Shown: positions 39,941 through 52,777 of the stretch, piece by piece
Layout: every line of letters begins with the position of its first letter
Numbering within the stretch: position 1 is the first letter of the stretch
DNA from: Conidiobolus incongruus B7586
Taxonomy: Eukaryota
NCBI GenBank assembly: GCA_000697335.1
Contig: JNEM01013221.1
Span: forward strand, 1 to 64,000
Length of the DNA stretch: 64,000 nucleotides
Direction: 5' to 3'
Position numbers and translations under genes: made by a program
The notes under the pieces: model-generated
Databases searched by the model: none
The model's input: the letters and a program-made list of their open reading frames with translations, nothing else
What the model was told of the DNA's origin: nothing

Positions 39941-40846
39941 ATGAAATTAATCTTAACAGGAGGATCCAAATCCAACCCCAAAAAATATGATTTGACCGTT
40001 GAACTTCCCGACACCGCCACCGTCGGAGATCTTCAAGCCAAAATTGTGGCTAAATATCCCAAACTCACTCCTGAAAGGCAGAGAATTAAGTATAATGAAA
40101 AGGTATTGAAGAACCCTTCGGATACATTAAAAGCCTATGATTTATCTGATGGTGCCACCTTGTCTTTAAAGGACTTGGGTCCTCAAATTGGTTGGAGAAC
40201 TGTATTCTTGATCGAATATGCCGGCCCTCTATTCATCCATCCTCTGTTTTACTATTTCTCTAGCCTCTTCTATGGACAAGAAGTTCAACACAGCTCAGTT
40301 CAAACTGCGGCCTACTATATGGTTATGGCCCACTTTTTAAAGCGTGAATTTGAAACCGTTTTTGTTCATCGTTTTAGTAATGGAACTATGCCTTTCTTCA
40401 ATGTTTTTAAGAATTCATTCCACTACCATGTCCTTTCTGGAGTTTTATTGGCTTATTTCACCTATGGTCCTTCCTTATCTGCCACTTCTCCATCTTCCTT
40501 CCGTAGCGATGTGAGCTTTTATCTTCCTATTTTGTTGTTTATTTACGGACAAATCTCTAACTTGAGCACTCATATCACCCTTCGCAACTTGCGTCCTCCT
40601 GGCTCTACAGTTCGTAAGATTCCTTATGGCTATGGCTTCGATTGGGTCAGCTGTCCTAACTACCTCTTCGAATCTATTGTTTGGATCGCTTTTGCTTTAT
40701 TGACCCGTACCTTTGCCTCTTTGTTATTCTTATCTGTTTCAGTTGGTCAAATGTATCTCTGGTCTGTTAAAAAGCACAAGCAATACCGTAAAGAATTCCC
40801 CAATTATCCTAAAAATCGTAAAATATTCATTCCATTTATCCATTAA
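39941..40846 (+). CDS. TSC13: Very-long-chain enoyl-CoA reductase, intronless
   Basis: Ubiquitin-like N-terminus; KDLGPQIGWRTVFLIEYAGP; HFLKREFETVFVHRFS; VSCPNY. Confidence 0.96.
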   Translation: MKLILTGGSKSNPKKYDLTVELPDTATVGDLQAKIVAKYPKLTPERQRIKYNEKVLKNPSDTLKAYDLSDGATLSLKDLGPQIGWRTVFLIEYAGPLFIHPLFYYFSSLFYGQEVQHSSVQTAAYYMVMAHFLKREFETVFVHRFSNGTMPFFNVFKNSFHYHVLSGVLLAYFTYGPSLSATSPSSFRSDVSFYLPILLFIYGQISNLSTHITLRNLRPPGSTVRKIPYGYGFDWVSCPNYLFESIVWIAFALLTRTFASLLFLSVSVGQMYLWSVKKHKQYRKEFPNYPKNRKIFIPFIH

Positions 40847-41148
40847 ATATTAAATGATCAATAAATAAGAAAATAATGATGATTATTTATCTAATAATTA
40901 ATGTAATTTAAATTAATAGTTCTAATATACTTGCTCTGGTTCATAATAATAGGAAATTATTGAAAATGAATGATAATCAAATTGATTAAATTAATTTGAA
41001 TTTGAAACGTTTGAAAGTAGTTAAATAAGGAAATTAACTTGAAAGAAGTAAATGATTGTCAATGGATATGAAATAACTTTAGTATATAAATCAACTACAT
41101 TTAATAAATTCAATCAATAGTAATTTATTATAAAATATTGATTGAAAG

Positions 41149-41403
41149 ATGAAATTAGCCTTAATTACTTTTATTTTCAGTTTGGTTTCATGTCAAAAGG
41201 TTTGGAACAATGCTGACGATAGTGAGCAATTTGTTAACAACGGTAAAGTAAGAGTCTGGAATGATGCCGAAGACCAAGATCAAAGAATAGTCATTGGAAG
41301 CAAAGATATTGTCAACGACGGTTTTCACATGCCTACATTTCTGGAGTTTTTTGAGCTAGAGGAAGATAATAGAGAGGGTGATGTCGAAGAAATTATATTA
41401 TGA
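41149..41403 (+). CDS. Small acidic secreted protein (84 aa) with an internal repeat
   Basis: Signal peptide MKLALITFIFSLVSC; repeats KVWNNADDSEQ / RVWNDAEDQDQ; TATATAAA about 65 nt upstream; coding-like GC content. Confidence 0.7.
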   Translation: MKLALITFIFSLVSCQKVWNNADDSEQFVNNGKVRVWNDAEDQDQRIVIGSKDIVNDGFHMPTFLEFFELEEDNREGDVEEIIL

Positions 41404-41641
41404 AAATCATAAATTTACGCTCTTCAGGATTAACATAATTGAAAAAAAAGTAAATATGTAAACGAGTCGTTAAATACTGAAATCCCGACACACTTATTTT
41501 ATACTTTGAGAAGCTAAACCCTATCAAGACTAATTCATTTTTATATAGTAATTCAGAACTTATTTATTTAATAAAAACAAAAATAATTTGTTAATTTAAT
41601 TTTGAAATTTATTAATAAATAGCACTGGTTTAATTTTACAA

Positions 41642-44038
41642 TTAATGAAACGTTCTGGTGGTTCCTAAACCCCATTCACCCACAATCTTCATGCTAGCTT
41701 CCGCACCTTGACTCAATAAGTCCAACTGATCCTCAACCTTTTTGTCGACACCAGCAGAACTATTTGTAAGTTCAAAGCGGTACAGACATTTACTGATGGA
41801 TACCCAAGGATCTCTACCGCCGCCAGGAGCGAGGACTTCTTCACGGAAAATGGAACCTATATCACCACGAAGCTCATGGCCTGCAAAGCCTTTGGTCCAA
41901 ATTCTATTGGCAAAACAGCGGCCTAGAAGATAGCTATAATATGTTGCGCTGTAAGAAAATAAGTGACCAAACTTAATACCGAGATGAGTATTGTTAACAT
42001 AGGGATAAGTTCCCCATTTATTTTGCCAATCTTGTATGACCTGATAACTAAAATTAGGCTCAGGAGGATTCGATAAATCAATTGAGTGATATGATTGGTC
42101 AATTGCACTGAGCAAGATCTGGTGCTGTGTCTCTAAAGTGTTAAATGGACTTGACAGCTTTTTATACTCATCAATCAAAGGAAGAGGAATGGGTTCTAAT
42201 GTACTGTAATGCTTGGCATAGAATGGAATTGCAGTAGATGAAGTACCCAAGGTCTCCATGAAAATAGATGGTAATTCGACAAAGTCAATTTTGCAACGAG
42301 TTCCAGCAACGTTGTGGAAATCAGTTCGTGCAACCATACTATGAATAGCATGGCCCATTTCATGGAATAAAGTTTCAACTTCGTTCATGCTTAGAAAAGT
42401 AGGTGTACCATTTATGGGGTGGTTAAAGCAGCAGGAGAGCACAACAACAGGAATTTGATAGCTTTTGGGTCCTTGTGTATGTATAGGCCCCATTGCTGGA
42501 TTTTCTATGATGTGAGAATTGGAGTGAATACTATTATGATCATCGTCGTCTATTCTCCTGCTACACTGTAGAGTGTAATGTGCGGCAATAGGCGGCTTGT
42601 TGGGTCTGCCAAAAAGATCAAAGTAAATAATTCCAACGACAGAGTCTGATTCATCTAAAACTTCGACCTTTCTTACTGAAGGATCCCATAGCTCAGTGTA
42701 ACTTACATCATCTACCAATCTAAATCTCAATTGATACATTGTTTCAAGTATATTGGATAATCCTTTGATCACTGTTCCTACTGAGAAATATTGACTCATC
42801 TTTTTGAGAATAGTTCGATGACTTTGGCGAAGTTGAGATTCATAAAGATGAGTGTAATATTGTTGATCCCATCCATAAATTTCACTGGATTTCTCGTTCT
42901 GCATCTTCAATTGTCTCAATAAATTCATTTCATGATTCAATTTTGGCTGGCTCTTGGAAACAAGTGAGCTTAAGAAAGTAGCAACATTTTGAGGGCTATG
43001 TGCCATCTTGTCCTCCAGGAACAAGTGAGCAAATGTGGGCTTTCCTAACAAATTAGCCAGTTCTGCACGCTTCATGAGCATTGTTTCTAGTACTTGAACT
43101 TGGCGTGGAGATGGTTGATTGGAAGCGATATACATTTTTTGACGAAGTTTGCTATCATGAGCAGTCCTCAATAAGAGAGAAGAATGATATGGTGTAGTAG
43201 GAATGAATTGAACACTCTGAGTACCATTCCACCAGCCTTCGCATCCTCTAAGCTCTGATCGATCTACTTGAATGGAATTTTTCAAAGGACTTGTTTCTGA
43301 TAAAAATTCACGACCCAATTCATTAATATCGTCATTTAATGATACAAATTGTCTTCTACTCATTTCATCTAAATGAATACCGCTCTTTTCAAAATCAATG
43401 AGAAATAATCGAGCTACCGCAAGCTCTTCATCCGACATATGCTTGACTAAATCTTTATCTTTGAGTAAATCTTTTAAGGTCTATAAAGACAGAAAAATTA
43501 ATATCTCAGACTAGTTTAGTTATAATTTACTTACATGATAGAGCCCTGGATGGGTGTTGAGTGTGTTCATAAAGCTAACAACTTCCAAATAAGCTTTGTT
43601 AGCATAATTCAAAAATTTTGGATTTGGATGTAATGATCTAACCAACTCTGCAACATCTATAATGCTACATAAAACATCTGACAGTTGGTCTAATCTTTTT
43701 ACAATTTTCAATTTATCCTGGTTTTCTAAATTAGGTTGACAAATTTTATCAACCAATATCTTCGCTTTTTGAATGGTAAACTGGGACCAACTTATAAATC
43801 CTGAAGGTTCAATTAAAAAGGGCTTCCCGAGGAGTCCATTGGAAGAAGGATATTTGTTTAATCTTTGCGACCACAAATGTGGGACATCGAAACCCAAGCG
43901 TAAATCTTTCTCTCTATTATTTTCCAAGGATTGAGATATAGTCTCAGTTTTTATACTAACAAATCTCTTAATTTGATATGTATTAACTCGTTTAATGGAG
44001 CTATTATGTATTCTCTGTATAATTTTAGAATAAATCAT
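41642..44038 (-). CDS. OCT1: Mitochondrial intermediate peptidase (M3A), 2 exons
   Basis: LDQLSDVLCSIIDVAELVR; DFEKSGIHL; LFHEMGHAIH zinc motif; DFVELPS; FGHLFSYSATYYSY. Confidence 0.95.
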
Positions 44039-46771
44039 ATTGAAGATCAAAATGTGGGGTTATGAATCAACCAAATAAATTAATTGAACGAAAATAATAA
44101 TATTTGAATTTTAATAAATTATAGTCGTTATTAAATATTAATATAATTGTTGAAATTATGATATTTGCTAATTTAATAGTTTAATGTTGGAATTTAAGGA
44201 TTACCATGAATACTCTTTTGGCTAATTAATGGTTTTAGTATAGCTCCTTTTTATGGGATTTGTCAAGATAGAATCCAGGTTTATTTAATGTTTGTTGATA
44301 AAAGGGTGAATAAAATTGATTCATGTGAAAATCAATCTATCAATTTTTGTTAATGTTCATTAATTCACTATAACCTTAAAACATATCATTACTTTTAAAA
44401 ATCACTAATCGTTAATGCACAATATTCTAACCTCAATTATACTCTATTGTTATACTTATATTCCGAGTAATTTTTTCCAACATCATATTTCGAATTTTCC
44501 AAATGGGGAAATAATAGTTATTTCATGAATAATAATAATAATAACAATAACTAAGATTAAGAGTTTGATATTTGAATATAACTAATAACATATATAATAC
44601 GAACTTTGATCTATTTCATCAATTACATTAGTTAAATATTTTATATTTATACAATAGATTTAGCCAATTTTATAATATTTTTAGAATACATAGATATCAG
44701 AACAAACTTTCAGTAATAAGGAAATTTGATTCAGTAATGAATTTAATTTTGCGTAGGATAATTTAAATATTGATTGAAGTATTGAATAATCGAATATGAT
44801 GTAACCACATTAAAATAATGCTATTATTAAAAAATATTTTATTATAAAGTTATTAAACTATTTCTCAATTCGATAATACTTTATATAATCATAGTGTATA
44901 CTTTGTTATTCCCAAACTATTTATGATAAACAATCAGTTGATGTTATATTCAGTTTGTGCTGGAAATGCTATTTAATTACATCTTTATATATTTTACTTT
45001 TGAAGGATAATTTTATAATATTAGTTTCAAAATTTTCCTGTATTATGAATATTTCATTTAATTTTACCGACTTGTGGTCACTGTAAATTTATTTCAAATA
45101 CAAATTTTTTACCAAGGTAGACAATTATAAAATTTTACATTTCCTCGGCTTTTTCATGCCTTGTTCAGAACATATAATTTTTTGACCTATATACATTTTG
45201 GATATATAACTCAATAACTGTATAGTAACTTGCAAAGCTGAGCTTTACCGATAATATTTTCAATTATCATTTATAATCATTTTTGTAATATCACAATAAG
45301 TAAGATTCTAGCATTTTATATTAAAATCAGGATGTTTAAGGGCAATCAAGATGTATAATATCATCAATTATTTAAATTTGATTCTAAAATTCTATTAACT
45401 ATTTTTGTATTTTATAATATGTTTAAAAGTTTTAGAATTCAATATCTATTTCAACATAATTTATTTACTATATTAAATTATTGATTTTATATATAATTCA
45501 AATATAATTATATGGGAATAGAATCAATAAAATATATTACTGGTACAGTTAATTAGCAATTAATATTATATAATTCTATATTACAAGAGATAAATCATAA
45601 TTTCATATATTTATATACCTATATTTGTTAAATGATGTTTTTCTATAAACTAATCAAAACATTATTTCAAAATTATTTTATCTAATATAATCTATTAAAG
45701 TTAAATATCATTGTTAATATTAGGCAATCTTTAACATTACGTAGTTTTATCATTGGTATAACACACTAAATAAAACTAGAATATATGTATTAATTTAAAA
45801 TTCGATGAATTATTTAATTAAAAAAATTTTAATCATCAAGTTCAAATATATAATGCAAATAATAAATATATTAGAAATCAAGTTGAAAGATGATATTATA
45901 TTTAAATATGACTATATTTCTGATATTTAATTAAAAATCTAAATATTTACATTAATAAATATGATATTTAAAACCAATACAAATTTTTTTTCATCAACTA
46001 TCAAAATATTACTTAATATTTTCATTAAATAATTTAAAAAATCGAATATTAAATTACTTATTAGACGATTATTAGTAGAATAAGCTAAAAAAATATTCGA
46101 ATTCTTAGTGTTCAAAATGTATAATAAAAACTGATATTATTATATTGATTTTAATTGTTTACGTTGGTATATTTATATATGCTAATATTATAAATATTTA
46201 GTATACAAAACATAACATTTAAATAATTCGATGATTTTTGAATTGCTATTATTATATATATTGAAGAGATCAGTAATGACCTTAATTGCATTTAATTAAT
46301 ACAATATACTGCTAATTTAATGATGATATTTTTAATATTAGTTAAAATTTTGCAAATTTGAATAATTCAAATAATATAGCATAGACATGTAAAATACGGT
46401 ATTTGCTATTACAGGTTGTTTGAACTCAGGAAATAAGGATATTCGAAAAAAATCATTAAGTAAAGTATACATACTTAAATAAATGAATTAATAAAATAAC
46501 ACTATATATAATTTTATATATAACAATAGTAATATATTCCAATTTTTACTGTATCACTGGAAAAAAAATCAAATCATAAAATTGAAACAAAAATAATTCC
46601 AAAAAAGTTAATTTAAACCTCAAATTGCAAATCATAGGGAAAATATGCAGAAAATATGAAGAAAATTAAGGAGAAAAGTGATAAATTTTACAAAATAGAT
46701 TTGGGTATTACTAATTGTACGGCCTCTTAAACTGGAAATCCCTTTCGCAGTTGAATATCATCAGATACACA

Positions 46772-47506
<735 letters not shown>

Positions 47507-47578
47507 ACGTATATTACTGGATATGTTGGCAATAAACTGACAATATTTGTACACTTCGATATTTACCAACACCGTCAT

Positions 47579-47599
47579 TATATATATATATATATATAT
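47579..47599. repeat. (TA)n microsatellite
   Basis: Run of TA dinucleotides. Confidence 0.9.
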
Positions 47600-48355
47600 T
47601 GTATATCAACTCCCATACATTATTCAAGGCTATGTATCTTAGTATATCAAGTTTTTCTCCATAACAGGGTTCTTTGTTACATTTCGATAATACATATTTG
47701 CATTCATATACTGACAAATTTATTCACCATTTTTCTATCTTCATATTTTGATATTTTGCCCAATATCATTAAATTCTCTGATCATGTCAATTTTCATATC
47801 GCTCATTTCATTCTACTATTTTATACACATTAATTATTTTATAGATCCTATTTATTAACACATATCTTATTCTTGACAGTCCTAAATCAATTCATTTTAA
47901 CCACTTTTTATTCTGTATTTAGGGTCATTTTTCCATATTCAGTATATATATAGTAGCACTTGAATCTTCTTACAAATATATTATAAACAACAATCAATAT
48001 AAGCAATATGTTTTTTGATATTTTTAATTAATTGTATGCGTAATCAATTTATCATATTAAAATAATAAATTTTAGTACTATACTCAATTTGGAATTTATG
48101 ATAATATTGTTTATGAATTTAATAGACGCATTAAAATTCAATTTTTTATCAAATGGTATTTTAGTTATTTTTATTATAAAAATTTACCATTATTTTTGAA
48201 TTTTGTTAAAATGAACAATTCAAAAAATAATAAAACAAACGATATAAATCTTCAAATTAAAGGGATATTATTGTTTAATTAAATTCAAATTGGTTAAAAA
48301 TGAATTAATTTTTGTTGGTTCTTAAATAATTAACTAATTAATTGAAAACCATGCT

Positions 48356-50530
48356 CTAATCCTTGTTAAATACATTGCGAGTTAAAGATGATACAGTTTT
48401 CTGGAAGATGGCACCGTCTTCAGCGTGAGGATTGGCTAATGATGGTACCTCACAGACATAAATCTTACCATCAGAGGCACCAATAGCGACTTTAGAGCCT
48501 TCTTTATCCCATTTAAGTTTGTTCAAGCCTCGTGAAGTTAAATTAATTGTGGAGGCAGGAATTTCAAGATCATGATTTAAATTCCATACACTAAAATTGC
48601 CACCAGCATCAACTGAGCCAAATGCAGCAGGATGTGAGGGGGACCATTGAGCATCGAGAACATAATCAGAGCCATGCTCAAATGAAACGAGGGGTGCAAT
48701 TTGAGTGGGTGTGGGAGAAGGACGGGTTAATGATTTAGCCTGCCACAATTTGATAGTCCAATCGAAAGAGGTGGTAAGGAAGAGATCCGAGAAATCAAGA
48801 GCTCCAACCTGTGGGTGGAAGTGCAGACTGGTAATTGGACCGCTATGACCAGTGTAAATATCATTAGGGTGGACACCAACCTTTATTCCTGCACGGTCGT
48901 AACGGTTGATTTGGTAAACTGCACCTTCCTCTGTACCTACCCAGAAGGTAGCGGTTTCATTGGTGGGGAAGTCGAGGGCAGTGATTCCAAGATCATCTGC
49001 ACGTAAAGGGCTTGGATGTAGTAATTCAAGTACTTCTTGGGGCTGAGCTAATAAATCTAATTGCCAGGCACAGATCATACCATCAGAACTTGCAGTGATG
49101 CAATTGTGGGCATTATGAGTTCCAATCATAGTTAAATTATAAACAGGATGAGTATGGCCAGTGGAATTTAGGGGACTCTTGAGCACTGGAAGGCGTTTGC
49201 TTCTAGTATCCCAGAGTAAAATCTGACCAGTGTAAGTTCCACCAACAATGTAGTTGGGATGGAAGGGAGAAAATTTAGCTGTTAAAACGTCACTTGGTGC
49301 ATGGAATACAAATTCTGCTCTATCTGTGAGATGGGTATTCCATACACAAACAAGACCATCGGGATCATGGGTTGCAGACAAATTCTTATTATAAGCACCT
49401 AAAAATAGTTCTGGGTATTTAATGGACCAATCAATATCCATCACTGATCTGTTTTTAGTGAGACGCTCATCAAAAAAGGTTTGCGTAAGTTTGATCGTTT
49501 CAACAGCTTCGTCTCTAATGGAAAACAAAAGTCAATGATATGATAAGGATTGGCTAAAATTATGAAATTACTTATTAAGGTCCTCAGTTTGAGTATAATC
49601 AACTAGATAATCGTAAGGTTGAGATAAAGCTCTTTCAACAACTTTTGATGAATTGTTAATAAATTCCAAGAATTCATCATTTGAGAGAATAGCTAAGCGC
49701 TCTTCTTCAGTCAATTCTAAATCAAAGTGATAAGGATAATTTCATCTACATTAATTTTATTTGAAGTACCCTTATTAATTTTCTCTTCTTCCAACTCTAA
49801 AGCTCTTGCCTCTTCTTCCAATTGAGCTTGTCTTAATTGCTCTTCCTTTTCTCTCTCCTCCTTAAGTCTACGTTGGACTTCTTCTTCATCAATAACGGGT
49901 TCATCGTACATACTAGAGGTAGTTTGAACCTCCTTGGAATAAAGGACTTTTTCCTATATATTTCAGCGTTAATTGTATGCTAATTGATGTTTCAATCAAT
50001 TAAATAATACCTTAGGAGGCTGATCGAAAATCACAGTTTCTACCATTTCTAATTTGACAGGAGGTCTAGAAAACCTTTGAAGTTGAATTAATTTAAATAT
50101 TAAGGGATTTACAAAGTAGAAAATTACTGAGGAGATTTGTCAAATGTAGGGGATAAAGTATTCAATGGAGTAGTATTGCCCCCTGTACCAGATAAGGAGC
50201 CTTGGTTAGATGAAAAGGAAATATCATCAGTATTTACACCGATAGATAAGCTGGAAGTAGAGTTGGTACGATCGCCAACGAGGGACGAAACGAGTTCGTC
50301 AATATTTTGTCTATGGCGACTGAAACTGAGATTTCCTGATAATCCTAATTCCTGAGCTGTAGCCTAATTAAATGCATGCTCAATTAAGTGGAATTTAATA
50401 AAATTTTTATCTGAATAATTACCTCATCACCAACCGATTGAGTCATAGTTTTCCTTCTTTCAGCTCTCTGTTTACGTAATTCCTGTAATTTTTGCCTTTT
50501 TGCATCGAGTTCAGCTCTTCTTTGTTCCAT
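48356..50530 (-). CDS. Cytoplasmic dynein intermediate chain (WD40), multi-exon
   Basis: MEQRRAELDAKRQKLQELR; YSKEVQT light-chain binding motif; WD40 repeats with GHTHPVY and LFLTTSFDWTIKLW. Confidence 0.93.
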
Positions 50531-51710
50531 TTTGAAATAAATTTAATTACAATTAAAATATTAAATAAAAAATTTATATTTTTTAATATTTATTTTATAA
50601 TTATTTAATTGCAGTATAAGTTTATATATGTTAAATAAAGAATATAATTTTTCAATTTTGACTTTTAAATTCAGAGTTTATTTAATTGTAAATGTTAAAT
50701 GATTTATCCCATAAATATGGTTCAAATTAATCTAATTGCATGTAATACTACTGAAAAATGAATTTACTAAATATATTATATTAATTAGTAAACTAAATTA
50801 TATCATAGTCAATATATTTATAATTATTTAAGAATTTTTCAAATTTACTAAATTAAATTGATGATTGAATAAAATTTGATTTAATCAGCTGATAAGACTG
50901 TGAATTATTAAGATTTAAAGATCAAATTCTTATAAAATCAAACATCAGCCCATTATAAAATATTTTTCAATTGAGTTAATTATAATGAAATTAATTCCTC
51001 ATATTCATTTCAGAACTTAAAATATAATTTGAAAGATTAATTGCAAAATAAGCAATTTATTATATATACTGATCTTATCGATTTTACTGTTTTCTAATGT
51101 AGAATACATCTTTGTAATCAATTAAAGAAATATATTTCTAGTTTTGCATTCAATTTTACCAATTTTTTATTTTTCAAAATTGTTAAATAATGTTATTCAC
51201 CAAATAAACATATTAATATAACTATAATTAAAAACTGAAGCTGAGTATAATGCTGTTCCCAGAATTTCCACTGGAACTGAAAACATCTATCAATATTTGA
51301 TCAAGATGTAGATAAGCTATCCCTGGCAGCACAGAAACTTGGATTTTATTTTATAAATACCAATTGTGATATGCTTGATTTTCAATTTAATTGTATTTTT
51401 ATTCTATCTAATTCAATTGCATTCCATTCAAATTTTAGTTTTGAATCATTGGTTTAATATATACATTTATTGAATACTCGCACCATTAATAATACCTATT
51501 AATTTAATTTCATCATCATTGATTTAGTACAAATATACTATATTAAGCTTAACACACTTCACTTTTTTTATTAATTTTTAAATTTATAGTCATTTTTGTT
51601 GTAAATATAAGGACTTAAAATCTAGATCAAAAAGTTAATTTGATTAATCTTAATCATTACTAACTTCCTTTGTTTATAAATATTAACAAGGTCCTACTAC
51701 TATTACAGTT

Positions 51711-52468
51711 GGTGAATTCTATCTTTGTATTCTAATGTAAATGGGAATTAAGTGTCATGACAAAGCTTGTAAATTAAATAAACTGAAAAGAGAATTTTTG
51801 TTCTTAACATACAAACTTTTACAACAGGCTGTTTTCTTTTTCGTTTGCTTATTGAATGGGGAAAACATTCAGGAAATTTATTATCTTTGTAATACTTATA
51901 GCAAAATATAAAGTAAAAAGTATTAGAAGGAAATCTGCTATAAAAGCACAATATTATAAGAAAAGCAACTGGTAAAATCAAAAAGAAGTTTAAAAATTTG
52001 ATAGATTTGGTTTATAAGAAACTTATTAAATTGATTGAACAACATCAAGTAGTTTTATTTCCTGAATTTAAGACTCAAAAAATGATAAAAAACAAATAAA
52101 TATAATGAAAGTAGAAGTATAGGAGTAATGTTAAAAGTAATCTCACTACAGATTTAGACAATACTTACTCAATAAAACAAAGGCATACCTTTGATACAAG
52201 CTAATCATTTGCAACAAATATCACACAGATAAAATATATGGTAATTGTGGATATTTACATATGTAACTTAGATAAGACTTTCAAATATCTTCAATGTCAT
52301 GTAAAAATGGATCAAGACATCAATATTGATACAAATATACTCTTTTACTATTTCACAGTTAATCAAGCTAGTCTTCCAGAATTAATGCTGGGATTTACCC
52401 CATTGGAGGTTCTGGACTGCGTGCAAGACTTAGATAAGGTTGATCAACTTTGGACAAGTTTAGTTGTA
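51711..52468 (+). mobile_element. Decayed Fanzor2/IS607-TnpB-like element, copy 3 (most legible)
   Basis: GEFYLCI (51711); RIFVLN-IQTFTTG..IEWG (51785, RuvC-I 'ALDPGVRTFMTG' relic); NLIDLVYKKLIK..VVLFPEFKTQKMI; SHYRFRQYLLNKTKAYL*YKLIICNKYHTDKIYGNCGYLH (52141); KTFKYLQCHVKMDQDINIDTNILFYY. Confidence 0.9.
52358..52468 (+). ncRNA. Putative omegaRNA scaffold / right end, copy 3 (more degraded)
   Basis: GCTAGTCTTCCAGAATTAATGCTGGGATTTACCCCATTGGAGGTTCTGGACTGCGTGCAAGACTT... aligns with copies 1 and 2; ends TTTAGTTGTA. Confidence 0.5.
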
Positions 52469-52777
52469 TATATTAGATTAACTAATGAATTTAATTAATA
52501 TAGTTATTATTAATTTGATAGAAAAATTTATACTCGAGAATTATCAATTATACAATATATTCAAAAAAATGATAAATTATATAAAGTTATTTTTATGGTC
52601 ATGAAAAATTATTCAATAAATCATAGTAAGCAATTAAATATAAAAATTGAAAATATAATTAATAAAAGACTTATTGATTATATATATATTGATTTTTACT
52701 TATTAGCTGTAGATTAAATAATTAAAATATGTAAAATAAAAATGAATAATTATATTCAATCCTATGAAATTGGGTTT

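Noticed and set aside
52238..52498. 86-aa ORF as an independent gene
   Set aside because: It is the frameshifted C-terminal remnant of the Fanzor relic reading through the scaffold.
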